Assembly (NCBI RefSeq): GCF_006345805.1
Contig: NC_042999.1
Location: 120,900,001-120,964,000 of the forward strand
From: Octopus sinensis
Taxonomy: Eukaryota
Length of the DNA stretch: 64,000 nt
Direction: 5' to 3'
Numbering within the stretch: the stretch's first letter is position 1; each line of letters starts with the position of its first letter. Below the pieces are notes generated by a model, which was given only the letters and a program-made list of their open reading frames with translations, was not told the DNA's origin and ran no database searches. The position numbers and the translations under genes were made by a program. This document shows positions 14,091 to 27,480 of this stretch, in pieces.

Positions 14091-15361
14091 TGTCAACGAT
14101 GTAAGCGATCAGAAAGTTGCGAACCTGCGTAAGTCTATGTAGTTTTCTTTTGATACACAACTGTAACTATCCAGATTCCGTGTCTTCCTTGCATATGTTG
14201 CTTTGTGCAATCCTCCTATTGATTAATATATATTTGTCACTTGTAAAGCCATTATCGTATAATCACTGATTGTTGCACATTATGGATGGAAATGTGGGAT
14301 GAAAAGTTGCTGTCAACTTGCTGAATGGTATTTAGCTGAGATATAAAACATAATCGCAACTTGTCATCTATGATTGAACATATTAATCTTATTGCAATAT
14401 CTAAAGTTTTACTGAGTCACAGTTATTTCTTAATATCCATGATAGTATTAGCTATCTATATATTTGCATGTCTGTCGCTTTCAAGCAAATTTTTTGTGAA
14501 ATTTCAGTTTAAAGCAAGAATTGTTATAATTAATAGAGATGTTGCGTTTTAGAGAATCGCACTACTTTAGCTGCAAAATACTGAATCAATAACACCATTC
14601 AACTGTTGTACTTGACCTGTCACTTCACCTATCGCATTAAATAGAAATCTCATGACAAAATCTCATACCTGGATCATTGACTAAATACAAACGGTAACGT
14701 GAAGCATTCGATTAAAGATTAGGAACAAACACAAAATGCTTGTTTTTATATATTAGCCGTTATACACTATATACATTCCATGTTTATACGAGAGAAATTT
14801 ACAACAAAGGATAATTTCAGAATCCAGAAGCCTGAATTTTTTTTTTTTTGTTTTGCTTACGAGTTAACCGCATTTCTTAATGTCTTGTGTTTATGGCTGT
14901 CCATTCTATGTGTTCGATGATCATGGGTAAAAGATCAGTCCATATTCTATACATCCAACTAGAAATTTTCTCTTCTCAGATACGCTGTGGACAACATTTT
15001 GATTTGGTTAAAAGATAATGGATGTTTTGAGTTCAAAGATTTCTTTTGGTTGTTTTGTTCAAATATCATTGCATCTTAGATTCTAAATAGATACCTCATT
15101 CTTATTATATTTTAGTGCACATAGGGTTAAACATTGAAATTTGTGTCATTTGAAAAACAGATCAATGAGTTGCAAGACAAACACTAAGCTATAGGAATAA
15201 ATTTTCACTATGTACATCATATACAAATTTATTAAACTCATATATATATATATATGTATGTATGTATTATGTATGTATGTATGTATGCATGTATGTATGT
15301 ATGTATGTATGTATGTATGTATGTATGTATATACATGTATGTATATATTATATTATTATTG

Positions 15362-15687
15362 AAAGCCCAGTGGTTAGTGTCGGGTTCACAATCATGAGGT
15401 AGTGAGTTCGATTCTCGAACAGGACTGTATGTTGTGTTCTTGAGCAAGACACTTTATTTCACGTTGCTCCAGTTTACTAAGCTGTAGAAATGAATTGCGA
15501 CTTCACTAGTCCAAAATTGTATCGCACTTTGCCTTTTCCTTGGATAATATTGATGTCGCGGCGAGGGGAAACTGATATGCATGGGCGACTGCTGGTCATC
15601 CATAAACAACCTGGCCAGGACTTCTGCTTCAGTGGAGAACTTTCTAGGAACAATCCTATGATCATTCATAAGGGAAGGAGGTCCTTA

Positions 15688-15688
<1 letters not shown>
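15362..15688 (+). mobile_element. SINE family C (tRNA head plus CORE-like domain)
   Basis: AGTGGTTAG A box, GAGTTCGATTC B box, then GTTGTGTTCTTGAGCAAGACACTTTATTTCACGTTGCTCCAG, shared with 41398-41730. Confidence 0.85.
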
Positions 15689-15748
<60 letters not shown>

Positions 15749-16304
15749 GAGTGAGAGAGCAGTGCATGCCATCAGAATGACACTGGGGTAAAATATACGA
15801 AGCCCAGTATACCCATCATGACTACCCGTCTGATAAGGGTATACTAGGCACATGAATCACAACCATATGTGCGCGACATGGTGATCTCATATCAAGATAA
15901 ACAGCACAAGACCTTGCAGGTGGGGCCCAGTTAGAATTTTGTTCTGGTCGAGTAGCCCATCCCGCTCAAAAGGTCCCTGAATAAGGGTTGTTTAAGGATG
16001 TTGAACGAAACACCCCTGTTTCCAAAGGTGAATTATTCAAACCCCAAAGAATTCCTCTCAACACATGGTTATGATGCTCCCCCACTACTTCTGCTCGTGA
16101 TCAGAGATGCACATATCGTCAGCCACTAAGGGACATGCTCAACTGGTTAAGGTCAAACAACTGACAAGCAAATCTGTGGTATTGAGCAGAATATTTGCTG
16201 TAGCCCATCTTTTATACCAAGACAAAACAATGTACATGATATCACTTGCAATCAGTTAAGATCAGAAGCCATGAGAGCCACTGCCTGGTACTGCATCAGG
16301 GCAT
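15749..16304. mobile_element. 556-bp unclassified interspersed element (family D), copy 1
   Basis: GAGTGAGAGAGCAG...GCATCAGGGCAT, flanked by (ATT)n and closely similar to copy 2. Confidence 0.85.
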
Positions 16305-16350
16305 AGCCACTGCCTGGTACTGCATCATCATCATTATTATTATTATTATT

Positions 16351-16904
16351 GAGTGAGAGAGCAGTTCATGCCATCAAAGTGACACTGGGGTGAAATATAC
16401 GAAGCCCAATATACCCATCATGACTACCCGTCTGATAAAGGTACACCAGGCACCTGCATCACAACCATATGTGCGCGACATGGTGATCTCATATCAAGAT
16501 AAACAGCACATGACCTTGCAGGTGGGGCCCAGTTAGAATTTTCTTCAGGTTGAGTAGCCCATCCCGCTCAAACGGTCCCTGAATAAGGGTTGTTTAAGGA
16601 TGTTGAATGAAGCACCCATGTTTCCAGAGGTGAACTATTCAAACCCCAAAGAATCCCTCTCAACACATGGCTATGATGCTCCCCCACTACTTCTGCTCGT
16701 GATCAGAGATGCACATATCGTCAGCCACTAAGGGACATGCTCAACTGGTTAAGGTCAAACAACTGACAAGCAAATCTGTGGTATTGAGCAGAATATTTGC
16801 TGTAGCCCATCTTTTATACCAAGACAAAACAATGTACATGATAACACTTCCAATCAGTTAAGATCAGAAGCCATGAGAGCCACTGCCTGGTACTGCATCA
16901 GGGC

Positions 16905-16906
<2 letters not shown>
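16351..16906. mobile_element. 556-bp unclassified interspersed element (family D), copy 2
   Basis: Head-to-tail with copy 1, same termini, followed by (ATT)n. Confidence 0.85.
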
Positions 16907-16954
<48 letters not shown>

Positions 16955-17089
16955 TATTATTATTATATTATTATTATTATTATTTAAAACAGTTTGATTC
17001 GGTCTCATGCAACTTAAAGTTTCGTAGGCTTGTTACAAGAGCATAGTTTGCTGAGCACAGGTGACCGAATACACATACAAGCACACACA

Positions 17090-17137
<48 letters not shown>

Positions 17138-17158
17138 ACATAAACATACACATTTATA

Positions 17159-18373
17159 CGAGGGGTGTCCAAAATACTCGGGATTTTTTCCATACTATTT
17201 TATTCACTTAATTTTACATGTTTACACTTTTATCGCCTTCAAATTATTCTCAATTTAAAGCAATGTATCGGTCCAGTCACGTTTTCTGCTATTCAATGCT
17301 ACGCTACGACTCTTACGAATCGATGCCTTTTAACACCTCTGTCGTTTTTCTTCCCCTCTTCCACATCTGCAAAACGTTTTCCTTTAAGGACTTTTTTCAT
17401 TCGGGGGAACAAATAAAAGTCACCGTGGGCAATATCGGTTGAATTGAGAAGGTGGGTAAACAGGGTCGTAATATGTTTGGTCAAGAATTGTCTCACACAC
17501 AAGTCAGTGTGTGCAGGCGCAATGCCGTGATGAAACTACCAATCTTCCCTTTGCCACAGGTCGGAGAGTTTTCGTCTCACTACGCCCCGCAAACCCTTCA
17601 GAACTGCCAAGTAAAATGTTCCTTTCACATCGATAAAACAAATCAGCGTCGTCTTAACATTAGACTTCACTTGACGCGCTTTTTGAGGGTGTGGTAACAT
17701 TGAATGCTTCCATTTACTTCATTGCTGCTTTGTTTACTGGTCCTACCGTAGCACCAGCTTTCATCATCAGTGCCGACCTTGGAAAAACGTTTAGATCAAC
17801 TTTTAACTGTTCTGTCAGTCCATGACACGTATTCAGTCGTGATTGTTTTTGCTTTTCAGTGAGCAAGTGAGACACAAACTTTGCTGTAACTCTTTTCATT
17901 CGCAATTCTTCGCTCAAATTTCGTGTTAAATGTCCCTACAACATCAGTTTACAAATTTTCATGATGTTGTTATTCATTCGGGATGTTCACGGTTGCCCTG
18001 AACGAGGTTGGTCTTCAAGAGAAAAATGACTATTCTTAAAGCAGGAATACCACTCATAAACATCTTATAGCTCATGGCAGCGTCCTAATAGGCTGCTTGA
18101 AAACATGACAACTGTTTCGGCCGCCATTTGCCCCAGCATAAAGCAGAATTTCATGGAAGCACACTGTACCTTCGTTTCAATCATCGCAAAAATTGACGAA
18201 CAAAGTAGAAGCACTGCAAAACCAAGCTGCACGACGTAGCAGTGCGACTGTGCACAACGAAGCCAGTTGGCAGGCTGATGCATGAGGGTTGAATCAAGTT
18301 ATTTCTATGGGGCGGAAGCCTGAAATACAAATGACTTATCCCACAGAGAACGTTTCCTGTTGCTTTTGAGTAC

Positions 18374-18376
<3 letters not shown>
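17159..18376 (-). mobile_element. mariner (DD34D-type) transposon relic
   Basis: Degenerate TIRs TA-CGAGGGGTGTCCAAAA and rc TA-GAGGTACTCAAAAG. Minus-strand pieces MKFCFMLGQMAAETV, MKRVTAKFVSHLLT, FHHGIAPAHT and GDFYLFPRMKKVLKGKRF. Confidence 0.88.
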
Positions 18377-18419
<43 letters not shown>

Positions 18420-18664
18420 TTGTGTGTATTTATATATATGTATATACAATTGCAGCGTGGAAGGTTGTTTATAAGCCATTAAAAAATACTCAAAGACTGT
18501 TGGATTCACTTCAACTTTTAAATTTAATTTGCCAAAATATTTTCGTCGCTTTGAGACCGCGACCTGATCACTGACAAAATTCCGTGCTGCATATTTTGGC
18601 AAATTTATATTTAAATGTTGAAGTGAATCTACATATATATATACAGTTATCAATTTGTGTTGCA

Positions 18665-18720
<56 letters not shown>

Positions 18721-18781
18721 GTGCGTGTGCACGTGTGTGTGTGTTTGTCTATATACATTTATATATCCATCCATACATATG

Positions 18782-18844
<63 letters not shown>

Positions 18845-19326
18845 CATGTGTATGTGTGTATGTGTATACGCAAGTAGAGTGAGAAAGAGTACTCAACACC
18901 GCATTGATAGGTAAATATATTTTCTTTATTTTTCGGTTATCGAAGCTACCAATGGTTGCATGTAAAGAAGATGCTCTTAACAATTCTCAAGTCTGCTACA
19001 GACAAACGTTGGTATACATTTGCATTTTGGATGTGAATTCACAAAGATACGTGAGGCTGTACGGGATTTCGAGATAAATAGATATACAGAACAGGAGAGA
19101 TAGCATATAAAAGAATATTAATTGCTGATCCCTTGCATTATAACTGAGATATTTCTAAGGGATTGCGTTCACGACGGAATGATTAATTCCTTAATAATTT
19201 TATATGAGAATACTCGTGCGTGCCCAAATTTATAAATAGAAATACACACGAATATGCATATACACATCCATACAAAATATGTACACAAATAGGCACCACA
19301 CAGACTCAAACACACACACACACACA

Positions 19327-19447
<121 letters not shown>

Positions 19448-19599
19448 CATATTTGAATATATATACACACATACCCGCCTGCATATATATTTTGTTTGTG
19501 CTTGAGTATGTGCATATTACTGTGGAGTTTCATAGATTTCACCACCAAACTTTGTCTATGAGGTTGCAAATTCATAAGTTCACGTCCATATGTATTTTT

Positions 19600-20560
19600 T
19601 GTGAATTATATGACGTCATGAATATGTGCAACTCAATATATCTGCCTAATGAGGGACGTCAGCACAGGTTTCCGTCTTTTATGCATAATTTTCATATAAT
19701 ACATATAATTAATGTCCACAGAAAAACTTGTATTATCCAAGATTGCTTGGGTCTTCATTATTACTTCATTGGAGAAGCATATCTTAAATCTTCTGAATAC
19801 CATACAATTTCTAACAGACACAGTGAAATTACCGAAACAACATCTTATAATTTAGAATAAAGATAGAAATAAGCCTTCAAATAATGATTGCAATAGTAAA
19901 GAAGAAAGTAACCAAGCCCGTCCAAATGATTCTGATAAAAATAATATAGGCGATGGCAAAAATAATACGAGTAATGATAGAACGTCTGAAAATCCTAATA
20001 ATTGTAATACTAGAAACAGCAACAAGGATAGTAATGAAGGGTATATGAAGAGCACTAATAATAAATATGTATACACTAAAAGAAAAATTAGAAAGAGAGT
20101 AAAGGTTGTTACATATTAGAAAACCATGTGGTAAAGGACTAGTTGTAAAGACATAAACGCATGTCTTCTGGGAATGAATGCCTTCGAAAGAGCGTTACAT
20201 ACAAATGTACAGTTAGAACGCTAGCAGATACACTTGTATGTATTGGTACAATCGCCAATTGCTTCGAACATCTATATCGGAACCACATTCCATCGTTTGA
20301 AAACATTAATAAGAAACACTGCACATCACTCTCTGACCTAGTCTGAAAACTTCAGGAAGGAAAAAGTGCAATACAACATTACATGGATGCTAATAAAAAT
20401 ACGCATATCCGTACAATACGTTCTCAAGACCATGCAATCTCTGCTCCTAGGAAACGCTATACATTTTAATGTGTATAGATAGGCTGTTGAATAGGTGCTC
20501 TGAAAAATGTATTTGCAACCACAGGCTGAAATGGTCATTTTCGCAATTTTGCAAATACTA
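19600..20560 (+). mobile_element. Penelope-like retroelement relic (thumb, Asn-rich linker, GIY-YIG endonuclease)
   Basis: Frameshifted fragments AYLKSSEY, an N-rich linker, NIYIGTTFHRLKTLI, QYNITWML and LLNRCSEKCICNHRLKWSFSQF resemble the C-terminal GIY-YIG region of PLEs. Confidence 0.65.
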
Positions 20561-20677
20561 ATAGTTTTTGAAACTCTAGTGATACAATATACTGTCATCT
20601 TTCTTTATCATATAGTATGTATTTATCTCAAGCTTTTAAAAAGTAGCTAAATGCATATAGGAAGAATATATCAGTTC

Positions 20678-20774
<97 letters not shown>

Positions 20775-20783
20775 CAATATATA

Positions 20784-20821
<38 letters not shown>

Positions 20822-21249
20822 AACTATATACATTGCCTTCTATGTGGGCAGACATCGGCTAAAAATGTTTATTAGAAGCTTGTGTCCATATATAAATGGA
20901 TGGATGTGGGTATATTCTGTTTTACACAAATATCTGTATATTATATTATATTTCATTTTATTTCACTTTTTCATATTGTATTATCTATTTCTGTCTTTTT
21001 TTATAAATGGTTAGAATACATATATTTAAGAAGTATATATATGTGCGTATACAAATAAGCATGTACAGATATTTTTATTTTACTATTATTTGTCTTTATA
21101 AATCGTATGCAAGTATATATAAAAGGTATATATAAAAGGTGTGTATGTGTGCATATGAATATATGTGTGTATGCTTATGCGTGTGTGTGCGTGTGTGTGT
21201 GTGGTATATATCTATATTCTTTTATTCTTTTACTTGTTTCAGTCATTTT

Positions 21250-21288
<39 letters not shown>

Positions 21289-21325
21289 GAGAGAGAGAAA
21301 AGAGAAAGATAGATAGATATACACG

Positions 21326-21358
<33 letters not shown>

Positions 21359-22552
21359 ACATATATACGTACATATTTCGCTTTTTTACTGGCTCTATAA
21401 TGTTAAGAATGTAAGGTATGTTGATATGTGTGTGTGTGTGCATGTATAGATGGAAACGTGTGTGGATTTTCGTATGCACAACACGTGTGTATATATACAT
21501 GTGTGGATATATAACAATATACACGTTACGTTGTAGGAGAATATACCGAGGATTACGTACAGAGGATGTTTAAGGATGCCAAGTAACTTATATATTTTTA
21601 AATTATTTCAAACAGGCATATAAAAACTGGATGGTAATAAATTAACTTCAAACAGAGGCAGATTTGATGCAGAATGCGGCCAGTTATTTCACCGCGAGAA
21701 ACAGATGCTACTTTAGATCCTTCTCAAAAACAAAGAAATAGTTGATAAGTATTGAAATGGTCAGTTTTCACCACATTATCATTTTATTACCTCTAAATGC
21801 TTCTTCATTTTATTTATCATTCTGTTTAGAAGCTTCTTTCTTATAATCTGGCCATGAAGATAGAATATATGTAAAGTAATTTATAGAGAACCAGATCTTT
21901 TTTCAATTATTTCTTTTATCTTTTTTTTTTTATTAGAAAGGTATTTTGTCTCTCAGTATACCTATGGGTTTAGTTTTGTCTGTAAACTGTTTAAAATGAT
22001 GTTAGGCTCTAACAAAGGACTTATTTAACCATTCCCTTGAGGAGGTACATTTTTTTAAACCTTGGATGAATAATAATGATTACAGAACACTTTACCAATG
22101 TACTACAAGTGTAAAATGAGTCCAAAAAATGATAGTGAATTTAAACAGCGGTTGTCGTTTGTGCTATTTTCTATCATTTATCTATTTATTTAAACTCTGG
22201 GAATATTAAGGAATTCTTTATGCATATCCAGTAGCAGAAGCACTTTCACTGTATAATGATATCAGGTAGCCAATAACTGCGGGCGAGCTTTGTATAGAAT
22301 TTTACAAGGTTTCTTTCTACACAGAGCTTGTTTAATTCTGACATACACACACACGTAATTATAAATACATACATATATACATATTCACACAGGCTATCTC
22401 TGCTAGTTAATAAAAATAACATAAAGGATAATAGAATTTTTCATTAACCAAAATAGTGCAAATTAAACAATTTTGAGTAAATGAACTATTCATTGGACGA
22501 TATTTAAATTATCCGTGAATTTTTTTCAGGGGTCCAGCTAGTTATTAATATC

Positions 22553-22595
<43 letters not shown>

Positions 22596-22596
22596 A

Positions 22597-22657
<61 letters not shown>

Positions 22658-22703
22658 GGTGGTGGTGGTGGTGGTGGTGGTGGTGGTGGTGGTGGTGGTG
22701 GTG

Positions 22704-22746
<43 letters not shown>

Positions 22747-22765
22747 CAACAACAGCAGCAGAAGC

Positions 22766-22814
<49 letters not shown>

Positions 22815-22850
22815 ATAGTAGTAGTAGTAGTAACAGCAGCAGCAGCTGCA
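22553..22850. repeat. Compound trinucleotide array (AGT)n-(GGT)n-(AGT)n-(AGC)n
   Basis: Directly visible. Confidence 0.97.
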
Positions 22851-22879
22851 GTGCATATTTTATATGATATACATAGAAG

Positions 22880-23000
22880 GCCGCAAGTTGGCAGTATCAT
22901 TGGATCATCGGAAACGTTTCGTGGTGTTTCTTCCGGCTCTTTATGTTCGGAGTTAAATCCCGCTAAGATCAACTAATGTTGATAAAATAATGTACCAGTG
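22880..23000 (+). mobile_element. Highly diverged SINE family B copy
   Basis: GTTGGCAG...GTTCGGAGTTAAATCCCGC...GATAAAATAATGTACCAG resembles family B. Confidence 0.5.
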
Positions 23001-24355
23001 ATGTACTGGAATCCATGATCCTGTCTAGCATCCCGTCATAAAAGTTATGCTTGAAATTATATATAAGCACAACATCACACGTTATGAGAACGCAGTGTAA
23101 TCTATTCAGCTTCATTAGCCAATTATTTTTATTGACGCTGAATTGATGAAATTTGGCTGCGACGGAATTTGAATCTCAAAATGTAAAGAAGCATAAGTGC
23201 CACAAGGCAACGTCTTCGACATTCTGAGTCTCGTGTGAATTACAGCTTTTGTGAGATATATAATTTTATCATTTCGAAATTCCTTGATTATCAAAAAACA
23301 ATAATTATTTCTTCATTTCCCATTTCAGACGCGCAAGTAGAATATCACGTCATTCAAATACTACTCTCATTAAATGAAACGTATCTAGGAATTATAGTGA
23401 AACTTTTACTTGATAGGGAACAAGTTCAATGTGTTCCTTTCATCTGGTAAGGGAAGTAAAGATTTTCTATTCATAATTTGAATTCTTGTCAATCATTTAT
23501 ACACTCTGTATGAATTCCACAGCTGCTGAAGTATTTCATTTCGGTTCGTTTAATGATTCACTACTTAAATAAGAATTCTACTTTAGCGCCATCATACTGG
23601 TATTTGCAGATGTGATAATCATAAGGCTAAAAAATCTGTGTCATTAATTAAAGAGGAAATGATTGCATGATATTAGAAATTTACTAAATATTGAGATAGA
23701 TATTATGGTTTATTCGGAACCAAATGCAATTATAAGATAATAGCATTTGGTTCTCAATTCAACTGAAAAGACTTAAATCAAACATGCATAAGGACGGCGT
23801 AAATCTTAGAGATTTTGTTTTAGTTGTGTAAACGCTGCATTCTAACCTCCATTGGGACAACCATAGCATTAAATGTAGCATTTGATATTGGAACAGTATA
23901 GAATACAATATTCTAATAATAGTTTTGATTAGATTATTACGTTGCGAGAAGTAAGAATATCAATACATTGTCAGCTGACAATTTATGCAGTGCACACTTC
24001 AGTGTAGTCGTTAATTTGTGTCCAGAGTAATTGCAAAATCATTTGGTTAAAAACGTTTAATTACCACATTTTCACTAAGAGTCAAAGGAGAAACTGATTT
24101 CTTCGTATCTTAATACACATGTTATGATTTTCAAAAGTTGGCAAATGAAATAGCTGATTCTAAATGTTAATCTCAGAGTATTAGAACCTTTAAACTTAAC
24201 CTAATGATTTATCTCGGTGTCTCATAAAACACTGAAATATTGTAGCCGGGAGAATGTATGTATAAATATTGAGTGACAAAACATTAAATTTAGTTGCAAC
24301 AGGTAAAATATAGGTTTGTAACCAATCAAATCAAATCAACCACTGTATCGTGTAT

Positions 24356-24397
<42 letters not shown>

Positions 24398-26547
24398 ATT
24401 ATATCTAACTAAAAGAACGGAAAAGTTTAGTCATACCCAGAAGTATTTGAAATGGAAGGACGTTATTAAACACAACGAAATATTTGCTGCTGTACATTGT
24501 CGTCTTTGTGACAAATATGAATCATAATTACGTAAGCAATTTTATTTCGTTAACCTTAGAAAGCAGCGTAGCTATAGCCACCGATTCCTCTAAGGCGTTT
24601 TCATCCTTTGAATCGTCTACATTTACTTTTTATATTTAAGACAACTGATAATAGTCTATGATACTGAGTAAAATGCTATATTCCATTCTGTTAAAACTTT
24701 GTAGCTGCATTCACTACGAAATATTGATTCTATTTTTACAAATAGAAATAAACTTTTGCGCACGTGGTGTGTATATTTACTACCGTTATTTATGGATAAT
24801 TAGTGCGTGCGAATGTGTGTAGTTTTTATGATGCAGAAGTAGACCGTAATATATATTACAGCTTTATTTTATGAAATATATTACATTTTTCATAACAATT
24901 TGTTTATTATCATCATAAATTTTTTTATGAATATTTTTGTATTTCATGTTTTACTTATTTACTACGAGCGCCAAACATGGATTTTATTACGCTACGGTAT
25001 TTTTTGTTTTCCTATGCGTTTCATTCTACATCGCAAGATAATTTTCGTTTCAATTGTTCTGAATTATATTATTCGATCCATGTTTTCATTTTATTTTAGA
25101 ATACTCTTTTCTTCTTCCATTCATATTGCTTTATCTACTTTATCCTTTATTTTGTTCTTGTTTCTATTCAGCCTCTTCATTACATTATTTGCTATCACCC
25201 ACTTTCCTTACATCTTGCCTATCGATTCTATTTTCAACTCTCCCTCTTTCTCCGTTTGATTCTCTGAATTTCTCTCTATATCTATGTCTCCTTTAATTTT
25301 CTTTAACTAGCTCCTGCATTTATTCGCTATCTATTTTTATCCAGATTCTTTTAAATTTTATATCACAATTTAAATTCGTCTATCACTCAACGAATTATCT
25401 TCCACCTCTGTTTAGTTTCTGTCACACATTCTTACTCACCCTCACAACCTATCTTTATATCCCTGTATCTTGCTTCTTTCATTTGCACATTGTTAGCATT
25501 CTATTCTACCTTAGCCTGTTTCTATTTCTATATTCAGCTTCATCTTATTTTTTATCACCTTCATCTTTCAATGTCTCTCAAACTCCATTTCTGTTGCAAT
25601 TCTTCTTTTCATTTCTTCTTTTCTTTCACTTACAGCTCTTCCTTTTCTTTCTACCATTGTTCACATGAAGCTTTCTAACATAACATTTGACCTTTCTGGT
25701 ATCACTGTCTTGGACATCATCTTATCAACTAGTTTTGCTTGTTAAGTGCCATCTGCTGTCCAATATTTCATCTTGTTTGTGTGCATTTTTTCATATAAAA
25801 TGTCTTGAATGTCCATTTCTTAGAAATGTTGCAATTAAATATTTCCTTTCAACCTTGTGTATCTTCGATGCCAACATTGATTTCATTTACGATATGTACC
25901 TCTTCTATATAATGACAGCTATTTATTCGCTTTCATTTCTACTTTTTTGACTCATTGCAAGTATGAGATTCGCATTTCAGGTAGAATCCAACATCTATTG
26001 ATTTCTGCTGTATAGATGCTGTGAATATTCATTCTGCACATTATAACTGGACATTTAAGGATAGAAATTCGTTATTTTTGTTTCTCTCTTTGTGCAACAA
26101 ACGAAATCGATACCATTTTCTTGTTTATATGGTCAACAATAATATAATATCTACTAGATGTTGCAACAATGCAAATGTGTTATTTCTGCACCAAAGCCCC
26201 ACGAGAAGTTTCAATACCTCTCAAATGCTCACTGGCCGCTAGTTTCTCTAGTAAATATGGCAACTTCTTATAAATGTACAACTACTACATAACTGGCTTT
26301 ACACAATCCGACATTTAAGTAGTCCTTCAATTCTTTCAAAAGTCTACTCATTGAAACTGATTAAAATGGTTATACAACTTGATTTGGAGTTATTAGTCCT
26401 TATTATTGAACTGTAAAGAGACTTTGTTTTTATAATTTCAAAAGAATCGTCGGTAAATAATTTGATATTTTTCTGTAGTCTAATTTTTATTGCTTGCTTT
26501 CACTTACTATTACACGCAGTTGTGTGTATATCGGATATGAGATACAG

Positions 26548-26590
<43 letters not shown>

Positions 26591-26665
26591 CTTCTTCTTC
26601 TTCTTCTTCTTCTTCTTCTTCTTCTTCTTCTTCTTCTTCTTCTTCTTCTTCTTCTTCTTCTTCTT
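26548..26665. repeat. (GTT)n(CTT)n microsatellite
   Basis: Directly visible; abuts the Dong RT fragment. Confidence 0.97.
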
Positions 26666-26669
26666 TATT

Positions 26670-27480
26670 GAAAGTACTCTTTGCATTGTTTCAGTGTGTA
26701 TTGGTCCCATTTTCTGTACGTTGTGCGTATTCATAAGTACTAGGGTCTTGGTTATGTTTGATAATGATATGATAGGTCCCTATTATATGAATTCTTTCAT
26801 GTTCTGACTCAGTATTCTATATCTCCAGATCTTTATATTTTAACACTTTTTTTGTTTCATTGCGAGATAAATTATTGTCTTTTGAATTTAATAATTTGAT
26901 GGAGCCAGGATGGTTTTTCTAATATTTCTTGACAATATCCAGCGAAGTAAGCTTAATTTCATTGTGATTGGTGTATCTTTATCTCCTGATACGTTTCGAT
27001 TAATAACTCACCTTTTCAGCTGGCATTTCATAATGCCAGCATAAATTTTATTGAAGAAAAGTTTGTAGATGTATATTGTTTTACTGAGACTAAAAGGCCA
27101 GGGACAATTTCGTTAATTGTTTCTTCCCAAATTTCTTGCCTGAATTTTTCAGTAAGTTTAGTAGGTTTTCTAACAGATTAATATAAAACGTTTTAAAGCC
27201 ATCTACATAGATGAGGTTGTTCATAGTGTGTCCATAATATTTATAACTCTTTCTTGTTTGAATCAGAGCTTCGTAAAAAAAGAGAAATTATTGGAATGTT
27301 CTTCTCATTGTTACTATAGGACTGGTTTTAATTATTTCCACCTTACTTTGTGATAATAGTCCAGAAATATTTGACATGTAATGTTTAATGAACTTTGTAA
27401 GTATATTGATGAAGTTTTATTCATGCATAGTGTACTCAGAGCTTAAGGATATGACATACCATTAATATTTTTCAGTAATT
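26670..27480 (-). mobile_element. R4/Dong-type LINE reverse transcriptase fragment, heavily decayed
   Basis: Minus strand YKYYGHTMNNLIYVDGFKTFY (homologue of INHLLYMDDLKLY) at ~27180-27240, YKDLEI (YKYLGI) and GPIHTETMQRV (ALHPKSDVDRLY). Confidence 0.68.

Noticed and set aside
16700-16906. Possible HDV-like ribozyme at the end of family D
   Set aside because: A P4-like hairpin preceded by GG exists, but no compatible P1, P3/L3 or J4/2 cytosine could be built by eye.
22504-22976. Poly-Thr/His/Pro/Val ORFs over the phase-preserving trinucleotide array
   Set aside because: Trinucleotide arrays stay open in several frames automatically; no splice sites or coherent flanking protein.
24900-25950. 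Pyrimidine-rich strand-biased tract with hydrophobic ORFs
   Set aside because: The ORFs reflect T-richness; it may be an ancient LINE, but no diagnostic motif was found.
26985-27040. Minus-strand CTGAAAAG...GAAACGTA hammerhead-like string and GCTGGCAT/ATGCCAGC hairpin
   Set aside because: Core altered, stems poor, and the sequence is explained as Dong RT coding remnant.
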